Below, one piece after another: positions 11,001-20,842 of a DNA stretch of 64,000 nt. The stretch is from Diplonema japonicum (taxonomy: Eukaryota; Protista; Euglenozoa: Diplonemea), in assembly GCA_964019335.1 (NCBI GenBank), contig OZ025697.1, positions 186,001 to 250,000 on the forward strand, written 5' to 3'. The translations under genes were made by a program, and so were the position numbers. Below the pieces are notes generated by a model that saw only the letters and a program-made list of their open reading frames with translations, did not search any database and was not told the DNA's origin. Numbering within the stretch: position 1 is the first letter of the stretch; each line of letters begins with the position of its first letter.

Positions 11001-12187
11001 CGCGTCACACTTTGGGGACGCGGCTTCCGCTCCTTAGGCACCTCTCGCTCTGTCAGTGCTTTTCTCGCGCGTCTCTGGCTTTCAGGAGTAGCTGATGCGG
11101 ACCTGTGTCGCACAGGAGACGCCTTAGTGGGCGACACTCTTTTCGCTGTCTTGCTGGTGCCGATGACATTCTGCTTCATCCTCTCTGCGAGGAGCTCGTC
11201 AAGCGACATTGCCTTCCTCCTGTTCACTGAGGGCGCCGCGGCGTGAGGGGGGTTGTGGACCGACTCCTGCTCAATGGCCTCGACAAACCGCTCTGCCCTC
11301 TCAGGACGCAACTGCTGGCTGCTCCTCCGAGAAGTGTCCCTGCCCTCGCTGTGCTGCTGGTGAAGCCCCGCAGAGTAGGCATCAGACGCAACCTCAGCTC
11401 TGTGGGCAGCCTCTATACTATCCATCCGTTCCACGGACCTCCGCATCTTCAGCTTGTCTCTGTGGAGCTCTTTTTCATGGTGTTCCCTTTCTAGGGTTTC
11501 CCATTCTGCCTTCTTCTTTTTCAGCTCTTCGATGAGTTCGTCGCGACTGGACTGGCTGCGGGGGGACCCACCGCTGGGTGAGGTCGACGCTGCAGTGCTA
11601 GGTCTCCAGACAGAGGGAGAGGAGGTTTGGCGGTAGAGAGGCTGTGGGGAAGGCGAGGTGGACTGCTCAAGTGGAGACTTATGTGGGCTCGGATCACAGT
11701 CAGTGTCGGGCGCAGGAGATGTGAAGTTACCCTCGTCTGCAGGGGGCATGCTACGAACCATATGGTCGGAGGGGGGGCTGGACTCTTCTGTGAGAATGTG
11801 CTCGAGCTCGTTGAACTTATTCAGCAGAACTGAGGACTCAAGGGGGGGGTCATCGCATGTTGCCCACTTGTCGAACGCAGAGAGGATCCCAGGAAGATCG
11901 CTGTCGTCAACTGGTTCCCTTGTAACTTGCTGCTGAAGAGGAGATGGTGCAGCTGCTGGAGGTGGTGGAGTGGGCACCTTCTGTCTACCCTTCCCAGGGG
12001 TAAAGTCTGCAGCAGGAGACGAAGACCCTTCAGGGGAAAAGTCAATATCACTGCAGACAGGCGACCGCGACATCGAATGAACCGATTTAGAGTCTGGCGA
12101 CACATTCTCAACCAGTCTTCTCGCACGCTCGAGCAAGTGCGTTGCAGACTGTAACACCTGCTCCTTAACTTGGGTCTCGCTTTCCAT
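8045..12187 (-). CDS. Large coiled-coil protein with a C-terminal PH-like domain; join(12187..10353,10318..9438,9399..8045)
   Basis: GT-AG introns at 10319-10352 (34 nt) and 9400-9437 (38 nt) join three ORFs in frame; C-terminus GTWVWKK...RRLRL...RLEFTT....ADWCTVLSLL is PH-like. Confidence 0.8.
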
Positions 12188-12353
12188 GTGAAGGGAAACC
12201 CTCCTTCCTGGTGGTATGGGTTATGCTGATTCTTTTTTTTTTTTTTTTTTTTTTTTAAATGGTGGGAGGGAAATAGGGGGAGAGAAGAAAGAGGATAGAA
12301 TTTGGATTTGGGTTCCTGTCCCCCCCCCCTTTTTTTTTTGTAATTTTTGTAAT

Positions 12354-12581
12354 CTACCCGCCTTCCCAGTCCGCCGCTGTTTCGCCCCCTTCCAAGGTGG
12401 TCTGCTCCATCGTGTCAAAAAATCCCTTCTTCTTGTCATAAACCTTTTTTTGCTTCGCGGTGTTGCTGGATTTTGCCTGTTCTTTCATTTGTTTCCGCTC
12501 CTCTTCCACAGCTGACGCCGAGGCAGCAGCTGCAAAATCAAACTCGGCAGATGGGTCAACGTCGTCCCAAGATTCTTCCAT
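12354..12581 (-). CDS. 75-aa protein or terminal exon with FDF- and FFD-like motifs (Lsm14/Scd6 C-terminus-like)
   Basis: MEESWDDVDPSAEFDFAAAA...VYDKKKGFFDTM; ATG preceded by an A-rich leader like other genes here. Confidence 0.55.
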   Translation of the reverse strand: MEESWDDVDPSAEFDFAAAASASAVEEERKQMKEQAKSSNTAKQKKVYDKKKGFFDTMEQTTLEGGETAADWEGG

Positions 12582-12740
12582 TTTTTTTTTTTTTTCAAAG
12601 ATTTCTTTTTCCCTGTTTTCAAGTGGAAAAAAAAAAAAAAGGGAATCCACGGGGATGTATGACCCACTACTAAAAAAAAATGTTTCGGTCCACTTTCACC
12701 TTTTTTTTTTTTCTTCCTATTTTTTAATGAATATTTTCTC

Positions 12741-13638
12741 TCAAAACGGTGAAAATCTGTTTGAAGAGTGGGAGCTATCTATCCGTTTCCATGGTACCTA
12801 TTTTAAATAAAAAGGAGTTTTCCTCCCTTTTATATTATCCCCCCCACAAACCTGAGCCCTGCAACCTCTGCCACACACCGCGGGACCAGAAACGTTTATA
12901 GCTCTGAACTTTCCTGGTTTGTGCGGATCCTCTTCAACATCAAATTGAATCTGTATTTTTTTTTTTCTTCTTTTTTTTTTTTCTTCTTTTTAAATTTCAC
13001 ACCTTCCACCCAATGTTCAAGCTTCCCCCACCAAAGGCCGCATGATGCACATATACATCTTTGCCTTCGTGCTCTCCCTCCGTTGGGGTCAGGAACCCAA
13101 AGCCGCCTGTGTCCTTGAAGGTGTCGAACCACTTCTTTACAACCCCATTGACCGAGCCACCCTTACGCATTATGGCACCCGCGGACCTCCCCAGACGTGG
13201 CACGTTGAGAGTGCGGCCTTTGGGTGCAGTGATTTCAACGGCTTTGGTTTTGCCACCAGCAGTCTTTTTTTTTTTTTTTTTTCTTCTTTTTTTTTTTTTT
13301 TTAACCTGAATAACAAATTCTACTTCAGTACCAACATCCAGATTTCCATCCCCTTCACTTTTAACGTCTTTCTGTTGTTGGCCCGTGAGATTTCTTTTTT
13401 TTAAAGGTTGTGTTCACACCGCATGGGCAAAAATGTCGTCGCCGGTTGCTTCGACTGTAAGAAAGCCGTACCCTTTTCCCGTGTTCCATTTTCTCACGTA
13501 ACCCAGCTCCCTCCCCTCTTTAGCCTCGTCTGCTTCTTTCACTTCGGTGTCCTCCTGCATTTCCTCGGGCTGCTCCTCTGCCTGTACAACAGGGGTTTCT
13601 TCCGCCTGCACTTCATTCGCTACGCTGGTGTCTTCCAT
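12741..13638 (-). CDS. Protein with two cold-shock domains (multi-exon; 3' end uncertain)
   Basis: CSD1 GYVRKWNTGKGYGFLT...DIFAH and CSD2 GVVKKWFD...GFGFLTP...DVYVHH; short GT-AG introns (e.g. 13264-13305) restore the frame. Confidence 0.8.
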
Positions 13639-13698
13639 GGTTTTTTTTCTTTTTTTTTTTCTCCTTTTTTTTTTTTAAAGAATGTCTCCGAAGAAGGG

Positions 13699-13768
<70 letters not shown>

Positions 13769-14636
13769 AACAAAATATTTTATATAAAAAATAAAATAAA
13801 AAAAAGATGAACTCCTAGAGTATGTGTGAAGAAGCGAACAAATATAATAAAATTCACTATGAAAGGAAACGATGTTAGCAACGGCCCACCATAAAATGGT
13901 CAAATCTTTTGTGTCTGGGATTTTTTTCCCCTTCCCCTTTTCTTTTGCTTTTCTTTTTTTTACCCCCCCTTCCCCATTCGAGACAGGGAAAATAAGAAGG
14001 GGAATGAAAAAAAAAAAATCCTGCAAAAGTAAAAAAAAACCCTCACTCGGCACAATAGAAAGTACAATTTTTATAATCAATTTTTTTTTTTTTTTAATTA
14101 TTGATATGTTGCTAGACGGGGGGGATCATTTTTTTTTCTATATTTGCTCCCTCACTACGAAAAGAGAACTGGCCCCGCGATGTTTTTTTTTTTGTTTTTG
14201 TTTTTGTTTCTTTTATGTTTTCCGGTGGAGAAACCTGTAAGGGTTAATTAACCGATATTGGAGAGAGAGAGAGGACCTGGGGGGGGGGGGGGGGGGGATA
14301 GGAAAGAAGGATTTCCCTCTCTTCCCCCGGGAGGCCAGCCAAGAAAATCCTTTATGGAACTGCCTCGGAGGGCACTTTTCCTTAGTTCTGAGCATAAGGA
14401 CTTTTTTTTTTTTTTTCCCTTTCAAAATTTCCTTTCTCAAATTAGAAATTCGCGCATTTTTTTTTTTTTTTTTTGTTATTGTAGGAAAGAGTCAGCTAGG
14501 TTTTTTTGTTCCTTCTTTTTTTTTTTTCTTTTCCCCCTTTCTCTACATCCTACCAATGAACAAATAATGAAAAAAAAATCTTTTTTTTTCTTTTTTTTTT
14601 TTGACAGCAAAGAGTTTATAAAATAAAAAAAATTGA

Positions 14637-14699
14637 GAGATAAAGGAGGCCAGTGTTGTTGGTGGCACCCTGTACAAGCACTGTCAACTTGATTACAGG
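14637..14699 (-). mobile_element. 5'-truncated 3' fragment of the ribozyme-headed short retroposon
   Basis: gagataaaggaggccagtgttgttggtggcaccctgtacaagcactgtcaacttgattacagg aligns to 30413-30472. Confidence 0.8.
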
Positions 14700-15237
14700 A
14701 AAAAAAAAAAAAAAAAAGGAAAAAAAAAAGGAAAATAAAGAGAAACCAGGACCAAGTAACGCGAATTTGGATTTTCCATCAAACTCGTACCCCGAACCGG
14801 GAACTTGAAATTTCATATCCACCATAACTGGTTTCCAAATTCATTGCTGTCCTTTCTTTCACATTTTTCTTCTTTGTTGCGGTATTTGTCTTGTTTGGCT
14901 TCGATGAACGCAAAGCAGGAAAGGTCATCTAAGTCGGAATCAGAATTCGACTTTGTATTTAGGCGGAAAATGAAATTTCAGGTTAGCCAAACAGTGTAAA
15001 ATTTCATTTTTTTTTTTTTTTTGCTTACCGTGTTTTCTAGTTTTTCTCTCAAAAAGAAATTCTCAAAAAAAGAAAAAAAAATGGTACTTTTTTTTTTTTT
15101 TTTTTTTGTTCACGTTCAGGACGGTAATATTTTTTTGGGGGAGACACCAAAATATTACGGTATGAAAAAAAAGGGGGGGGGAGGGGGGGGAATAATAAAG
15201 AAAAAGCGTAGTGTGAAAAAAAAAAATAGAGAAAACA

Positions 15238-15286
15238 GAGATAAAAGGAGGGTCCAGTGTTTTGAAAACGTCTCCCCTCGTCTCTT
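15238..15286 (-). repeat. Short repeat (copy 1) sharing the retroposon 3' terminus
   Basis: gagataaaaggagggtccagtgttttgaaaacgtctcccctcgtctct, similar to 15960-16002. Confidence 0.55.
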
Positions 15287-15614
15287 CCCCTATTTGGGAA
15301 ATAATAATAAAAAAAAAAAAAAAAAAAAAAAAAACGGCCCTTTTTTTTTTGTACAAACCGAAGGTTAACCAACAAGCTGCCACTACTCTGTCAGAAAGAG
15401 AAAAAAAAAATGAGGATGCTAGAAAACTTCTACCTCGTAAGCTTGTGCTTCAGACGCAGAGAAAAGGGGACGGGGCGGGGAGGGGTGTTGAAAGAATAGA
15501 GGAACCGGTCGGAGTGCTTTGAACGCAACCTGTAAGAGAGTTTATAACCCGAAATAGTTTCCTTCTTTTTGTTTCACTTTTTCTTTTTTTTTTTTTTTTT
15601 CTTATTTGTTGTTG

Positions 15615-15878
15615 ACATAGACCGAAGTCACTATGAGTCATAGAACCTTAGCAGAAGGGCTGGAGGCACTCCACCAATTCCGCAGGAGAGGCTATGCCAG
15701 CCGCAGACCCGTATCAAGGACCCCCCAACGTATGGGTCTTCTTCGTCCGGGAGTTTGTCTACCCAGATCCCTGCAAGCGGCCTAATATGACACCAATTGC
15801 CCTCCAAACGAGGCCGATTTTTTTTTTTTTTTTTTTTTGGCAATCGGGCCTATCACTCATAATGACTTCGGTTTATGT
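15615..15878. mobile_element. MITE-like element with 24-bp terminal inverted repeats
   Basis: Left acatagaccgaagtcactatgagt vs reverse complement of right end acataaaccgaagtcattatgagt (22/24); non-coding interior; no clear TSD. Confidence 0.75.
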
Positions 15879-15959
15879 GTTTGAGACGAAAATAAAAAAC
15901 AAACAAAAAAAAGGGGGGGGTGTTCTTGAAAAAAAACAAAACAAAAAAAAAAAAGAGAT

Positions 15960-16002
15960 GAGATAAAGGAGGTTCCTGTTTTGGAACGTCCCCCTTGTCT
16001 CT
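15960..16002 (-). repeat. Short repeat (copy 2) sharing the retroposon 3' terminus
   Basis: gagataaaggaggttcctgttttggaacgtcccccttgtctct, similar to 15238-15286. Confidence 0.55.
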
Positions 16003-16046
16003 ACTTATCTACCCCTTTCTCCCTTCTGGGGCCTCGAAAAAAAATA

Positions 16047-18119
16047 TTAACCAGCGCTCTCCCATTTCACCATGTGATCCCTCAGAATCAAGGCGGCCTT
16101 GCTGTTCTCGCTCTTCTTCTGTGTAACAATATCGTAGGCTGTCTCGCCCTGCATGGTCTTCTCCAACGGGTTCTGCTGGTGGTCTTCGAGCAAAATCTTA
16201 AGCGCGGCCGCACTGCCTCTACGAGCAGCATGATGTAGAGGGGCCCACCCTTTGCAATCCTTCACATTAGGATTCTGCCCATGCCCATCGATCAGATAAC
16301 TCACAACCTCAAGACTACGATCACCAGCAGCATGGTGTAAAGGGGTTTCACCATCATCATCCTTTACACTTGGGTCCTGCCCGTACACCTCAATGAGAAG
16401 CCTCATAGCTGCGACAGAGCCTGACGTGGCAGCGGCATGGAGACAGGTCCACCCAGCACCAGTTTTCGAATTGGGGTCCTGCTGATAATCATCAATAAGA
16501 ACCCGCATCACAGCAATCTGCCCGTTCAGTGCTGCATGGTGTAACGGAGTCCATCCATCCGCTCCTTGTACACCAGGGCTTTGATCGTACACCTCTATAA
16601 GAAGACGTAAAATATCGATTCTTCCAGCTTCGGCTGCAACGTGGAGAGGCGTGACGCCCCTCTTGATGGCACATCCTGGTTTGTGTCCATGTTTGTCTAT
16701 TAGATGTCTCATTGCTTCGATACAACCGTTTCTGGCTGCGAAATGTAAAATTCCTTCGTCGCGGTGCTTGTTTTTGTCTACTAAAACCTCGATTATGGTG
16801 ACCTGCCCGTGAAGGACTGCGCAGTGCAATGGGGTGTTGTTGTCCTTTCCCTTCACGCGTGGATCTTGGTGGTACTCTCGAATGAGAAGCTGCACGGCCT
16901 CAAGGTTGCCTCCACATGATGCCATGTGAAGAGGCCGCCATCCCTCGGTGTCTTTGCAACCCGGGTCTATTTTGTGAGCTTCGACAAGAAGCTTCATTGC
17001 ATCGATGTTTCCTTCGAGCGCGCATCTGTGAAGTGTCTTGACAGGAGCTACAGGGTGTTTCTTCAAGCGACGCTTGATGTCTTCAAAGTTCCCCTTCGAC
17101 ACGCGGTACAACCATGCGCCCTGTGCCACGCCGTACAGGGAAACAAGCTCACCTTCGTCCACACGATTTCGTGGGATTGGGTTTTTCCCGTTCGGGTGCG
17201 GGGTGGGGTTCCCGCAGCATACGAAGTTCTTAAAGGAATCGAACACAGACGGCGATTTCTTTTTGTTTCGTTTTTTTTCGTTGGATCTGGTGTCGTTTCT
17301 CGGGCTTGGAACGCAGACTAAGCCGACGATTTCAGAGGCACTGGGCCGTTCAGAGGGGCTCTCAGAAAGCAGCCGCAACAGTACTTCTTCAAGAGGCTCG
17401 CCGACACATTCCTCCAAGGCAGCCCGTAACACACCCATCACAAAACTATGGTTGTGATGCAAATATTTTTGCAGCAGATTTCTATCGCCTTCCTCGAGCA
17501 CTGCATAGCACACGGTTGCACCCAACGCCCAGGCGTCGATGAGGCTAGTGTACGGAGGGGTTAAACATTCGGGTGCCAGATACATCGGCGGGTTCTTTAC
17601 GTCAACCACAGTTTCGTTCCTGGGCCCCAACCCCGAGAGGATGAATGTCACATTTTTCCCCCCAACTTCACCAGTATTCGATAGAAGAGTGTTGTGAGGG
17701 TTCACACCACAGTGTACATATTTCATTTCGTGTAGGTATGCCAAGGCGCTCCCGATGTCCCCTAGAAGCTTCAAGGCGGTGTAACAGTCTAGTTCTCCCC
17801 TTGACCTCACAAAGCCTTCGAGGTTTCCCCCTGTATACAAGGGCATTATGATGAACAAGCTGCGTTGCATTACGTTCCCAGGGGTGGCGTGTTCGGTGGT
17901 GAAGAAGTCGAGACACTGTGCTACCTTTTTGTGCTTCAGCTTCATGGACAGAACCTGCCTTACCTCCTTCACTTGTTTTTCGTGCTCTCTTTTCGTGGAG
18001 GCGACTAATACCCTCGCTGCCAGGTGTGTGTTGTCTGCCTTTCTCTTCATCTTGCAGACCGATCCAAAACCGACACCATTCAGCTGCTCGTATAAGCCTG
18101 AATGGTCTGGAATACGCAT
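16047..18119 (-). CDS. Pseudokinase plus ankyrin-repeat protein
   Basis: Kinase fold (GVGFGSV, YLAPE, DAWALG) but HRD is HCG and DFG is GLG; ~9 ankyrin repeats (GWTPLHHAA...G). Confidence 0.85.
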   Translation of the reverse strand: MRIPDHSGLYEQLNGVGFGSVCKMKRKADNTHLAARVLVASTKREHEKQVKEVRQVLSMKLKHKKVAQCLDFFTTEHATPGNVMQRSLFIIMPLYTGGNLEGFVRSRGELDCYTALKLLGDIGSALAYLHEMKYVHCGVNPHNTLLSNTGEVGGKNVTFILSGLGPRNETVVDVKNPPMYLAPECLTPPYTSLIDAWALGATVCYAVLEEGDRNLLQKYLHHNHSFVMGVLRAALEECVGEPLEEVLLRLLSESPSERPSASEIVGLVCVPSPRNDTRSNEKKRNKKKSPSVFDSFKNFVCCGNPTPHPNGKNPIPRNRVDEGELVSLYGVAQGAWLYRVSKGNFEDIKRRLKKHPVAPVKTLHRCALEGNIDAMKLLVEAHKIDPGCKDTEGWRPLHMASCGGNLEAVQLLIREYHQDPRVKGKDNNTPLHCAVLHGQVTIIEVLVDKNKHRDEGILHFAARNGCIEAMRHLIDKHGHKPGCAIKRGVTPLHVAAEAGRIDILRLLIEVYDQSPGVQGADGWTPLHHAALNGQIAVMRVLIDDYQQDPNSKTGAGWTCLHAAATSGSVAAMRLLIEVYGQDPSVKDDDGETPLHHAAGDRSLEVVSYLIDGHGQNPNVKDCKGWAPLHHAARRGSAAALKILLEDHQQNPLEKTMQGETAYDIVTQKKSENSKAALILRDHMVKWESAG

Positions 18120-18234
18120 TTTCCCCACTCCTCTTCTTTCTCCCCTCTCCCCCTGGATATTTGTCGTTTATTTTCCCCCCCGACTGCAATGTCAATAGTA
18201 TAAAAAAAAAAAAAAGAAGAAGAAGAAGGAAGGG

Positions 18235-19671
18235 TCAGAGAGGGGCTAGGTCCAACCCTTTTGTTTGCTGAGTTGCGAACCAGCGGCTAACTTCGCTTGA
18301 GAATACGCTGTCCGTTTCTTCGTTGTTGTTGTTGTTGTTGTTGTTGTTGCTCCCCTTAGACGGTGCAAACTTTTCCAGTATTTCATGAACCGGTGTGTCG
18401 GGAAGGAGCTCTGGAAGAAGAACCGCGAAAATCCTCTGAAGCGTCGGGAGGGAAAAGGAGGGCACAGTGAGCTTCAGCTTCGGTCGTGTGAGCTTATGCA
18501 CCACTGACTTAGCCACTGAGAGAGCATTGAAGAGTACCAGAGGGGAGGATACGACGGCGGCGCGAAGCGCCGCCGTCGTGTCCTCCCACTCTGGAGACCT
18601 CATCAGAATCAAATCGTCACAGAGAAACAACCCACATACTGAGATCCTGCCCATTTTCATGGATCTCACGAAACCCGCGAGGTCGCCATCGACAGGTATC
18701 CTACCGTGTTGTAGGATATGAGGGCCGGTTTGCCCTCGGACAACAGTGATCTCCTTCCCGCTGCTGATTTCTTTGTATCTGAGGAATATGTTGGAGGTAA
18801 GGGTTGTTGGTGGGTCCGGGTGGATGTTCACGACGCCCCTGCATCGAATAACAAGCTCTTCGAAGGACTTCCGAAGTTGGTTTGGGGTTTCCTTCAGAAG
18901 AGGAACAACAGGGGTTCGGCACAAACCGGATATAATGTCCTCCAGCTCCGGGATGCCGGTGTGAAAATCGCAAGGTTGCGGGGGTGTTTCCGAGCCTGCT
19001 TTTCTGCGCGAGATCTCAGCCACGAGGCTGAGGTAGGTTTGCAAAAGACTCTCGTGCGGGTAACACCCTGCCCTGATTCGAATTAAAAACGTTCTGAAAC
19101 ATCCGGTGAACTCGAGCATGGGCGTGCCGGATCCGGTGACGAGAGTTAAAGCGGTTAGAAGTATTCTTATAACAATGTACCATTTCTTGTTTAGTTTTGC
19201 AGTCTCGGACGGGTTGAGTTCATGCATCCTCCGTATGTTGTGAAGACCTTTGTTCCCCTCGGCTTCCGTGAGATAGCTGTCTAGGTACTTCACGGTGAGG
19301 AGTTGTTTCCAATTTTCATCGTCAGACCAGAATTTTGTCCAAGCAGGGTCGGCGTGGAGGTACTTGTTCGCTTGTGTTGCGAGAACTGCTTCGACCACTC
19401 GTGAGTCTGCCTTCTCGAAGAGTAGTTCTGTTACTTTGCTTGCTTCATGGTAGCTGATGTCGGGGGTTTCGCCTGCCAAGGTTTTTGCGGACCCCCAGAG
19501 GATTTCTTCCCCGACGGCCCTGTGGACGCTTTCGCACATCACCGCCATGAAATCAGTGTCGCTGTTCTCCCCAGCCACGTTGTATTGTCGGCTTCCCTCT
19601 ACGCCTGCATACAGAATGCTACCTTTGTCCTCCGTTCGCTCCCAGAATGATTTCAGCTCTTCCTCATTCAT
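18235..19671 (-). CDS. RlaP/YcgL-like (Pol-beta superfamily) nucleotidyltransferase
   Basis: N-terminal GVEGSRQYNVAGENSDTDFMAV matches the GS-x-x-Y...SD-x-D signature; downstream ISYHE, KKWY...RIL, LIRIRAG; intronless. Confidence 0.7.
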   Translation of the reverse strand: MNEEELKSFWERTEDKGSILYAGVEGSRQYNVAGENSDTDFMAVMCESVHRAVGEEILWGSAKTLAGETPDISYHEASKVTELLFEKADSRVVEAVLATQANKYLHADPAWTKFWSDDENWKQLLTVKYLDSYLTEAEGNKGLHNIRRMHELNPSETAKLNKKWYIVIRILLTALTLVTGSGTPMLEFTGCFRTFLIRIRAGCYPHESLLQTYLSLVAEISRRKAGSETPPQPCDFHTGIPELEDIISGLCRTPVVPLLKETPNQLRKSFEELVIRCRGVVNIHPDPPTTLTSNIFLRYKEISSGKEITVVRGQTGPHILQHGRIPVDGDLAGFVRSMKMGRISVCGLFLCDDLILMRSPEWEDTTAALRAAVVSSPLVLFNALSVAKSVVHKLTRPKLKLTVPSFSLPTLQRIFAVLLPELLPDTPVHEILEKFAPSKGSNNNNNNNNNEETDSVFSSEVSRWFATQQTKGLDLAPL

Positions 19672-20147
19672 TTCTTTCCCCCCCCCTCCCTTCTTAGGTG
19701 GTTTTTCTTTCTTGTCTCATGGAATGATGGGGGGGAATATAAAAAAATATAAAAGTAAAGTAACATCATATATGAGGAGATGGGGATGAACAGGACGAGG
19801 GGGGAAGGGGGGATGGGTTTCTCAGAAGGGGGAATTTTTTGGGGAAAGGGACGTGAACTCGGCGCAGCATAAAAAAATAAAAGGATGGGGGAAGGGGGAT
19901 AATAAAAAAAAAAGGTGGTGGAGAGGGAAACCGCAGGGGCGATAAAAAGTTGGAAAAAAAAAGAGAAAAAAAAAAGGGGGGAAAAAAAAGACCACATTTT
20001 CTTTTCTTTTTTTTTACCCCCCCCCTTGGAGTCTGCTCTCCGTCACTTTTTTTAAAAATTCTTTTTTTTTTCTTTTTTTTTTTTTCTCTTTCCCCCGATC
20101 CTCCCTGACCTTTTTTTTTTTTTTTCTTCTTTGCATGGGGAAATTAA

Positions 20148-20353
20148 CCATCTGGACGCGAGAATATATTTTTACACCACAATACAAGGGGTCTTCGTAC
20201 TCTTCACTAGCAACGTCCAACTACTTTTGCAAACCCTAATCGAAGAGGGGTCACATTGTTGCCACTGACAGCTGATCGCCTCCTTCATTAGCACAGTCAG
20301 GAAAAAACAGATCAAAATTACCCCGAAATGGTCAAAAGCTCCGGGTTAGATGG
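20148..20353. mobile_element. Possible piggyBac-type MITE remnant
   Basis: TTAA|CCATCT ... AGATGG|TTAA; short degenerate TIR (10/15). Confidence 0.45.
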
Positions 20354-20842
20354 TTAAATATAAAAAGAAACCCACATTAACGGCAGCTGGGGGAAAAGAG
20401 AGGGGGGGGGGGGGGGGGAGCAAAAGAGCAATAAAAAACAAAGAAGTTCTACAGGGAAAATACACATAAAAAATAAGTAACCCCCCCCTCCCCTTTCCTC
20501 TTCCAAAGGGAAAAAAAAAAAAAAAAAAAAAAAACCATTCTCAATTCGTTTCCTCTTCCCCTTTTTTTCTTCTGTTTTCTGTTTTTTTTTTCTTTCTGTT
20601 TTCTGTTCTCATCTCAAGTACTCCCTCCCCTTCTCGATAGGCCTAGAAAAAAAAAAAAGAAGGAAAAAAAAAAGAAAGAAGTAAGGGCCATCCGTATATC
20701 TGTTGTTGAAACACATAAAAAAAAGGGGGATTCATAGAGAAGAAAAGGAGTGGAAATCCTCGCAAAAAAAGAAAAGAAAAAAAAAAAGAAACACTAGGAA
20801 GAGAAACAAAAAAAGAAAAACAAAAAACAAAAAACAAGTATG

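Noticed and set aside
13613-15400. Many poly-Phe/poly-Lys ORFs here and in other spacers
   Set aside because: Translations of homopolymer runs
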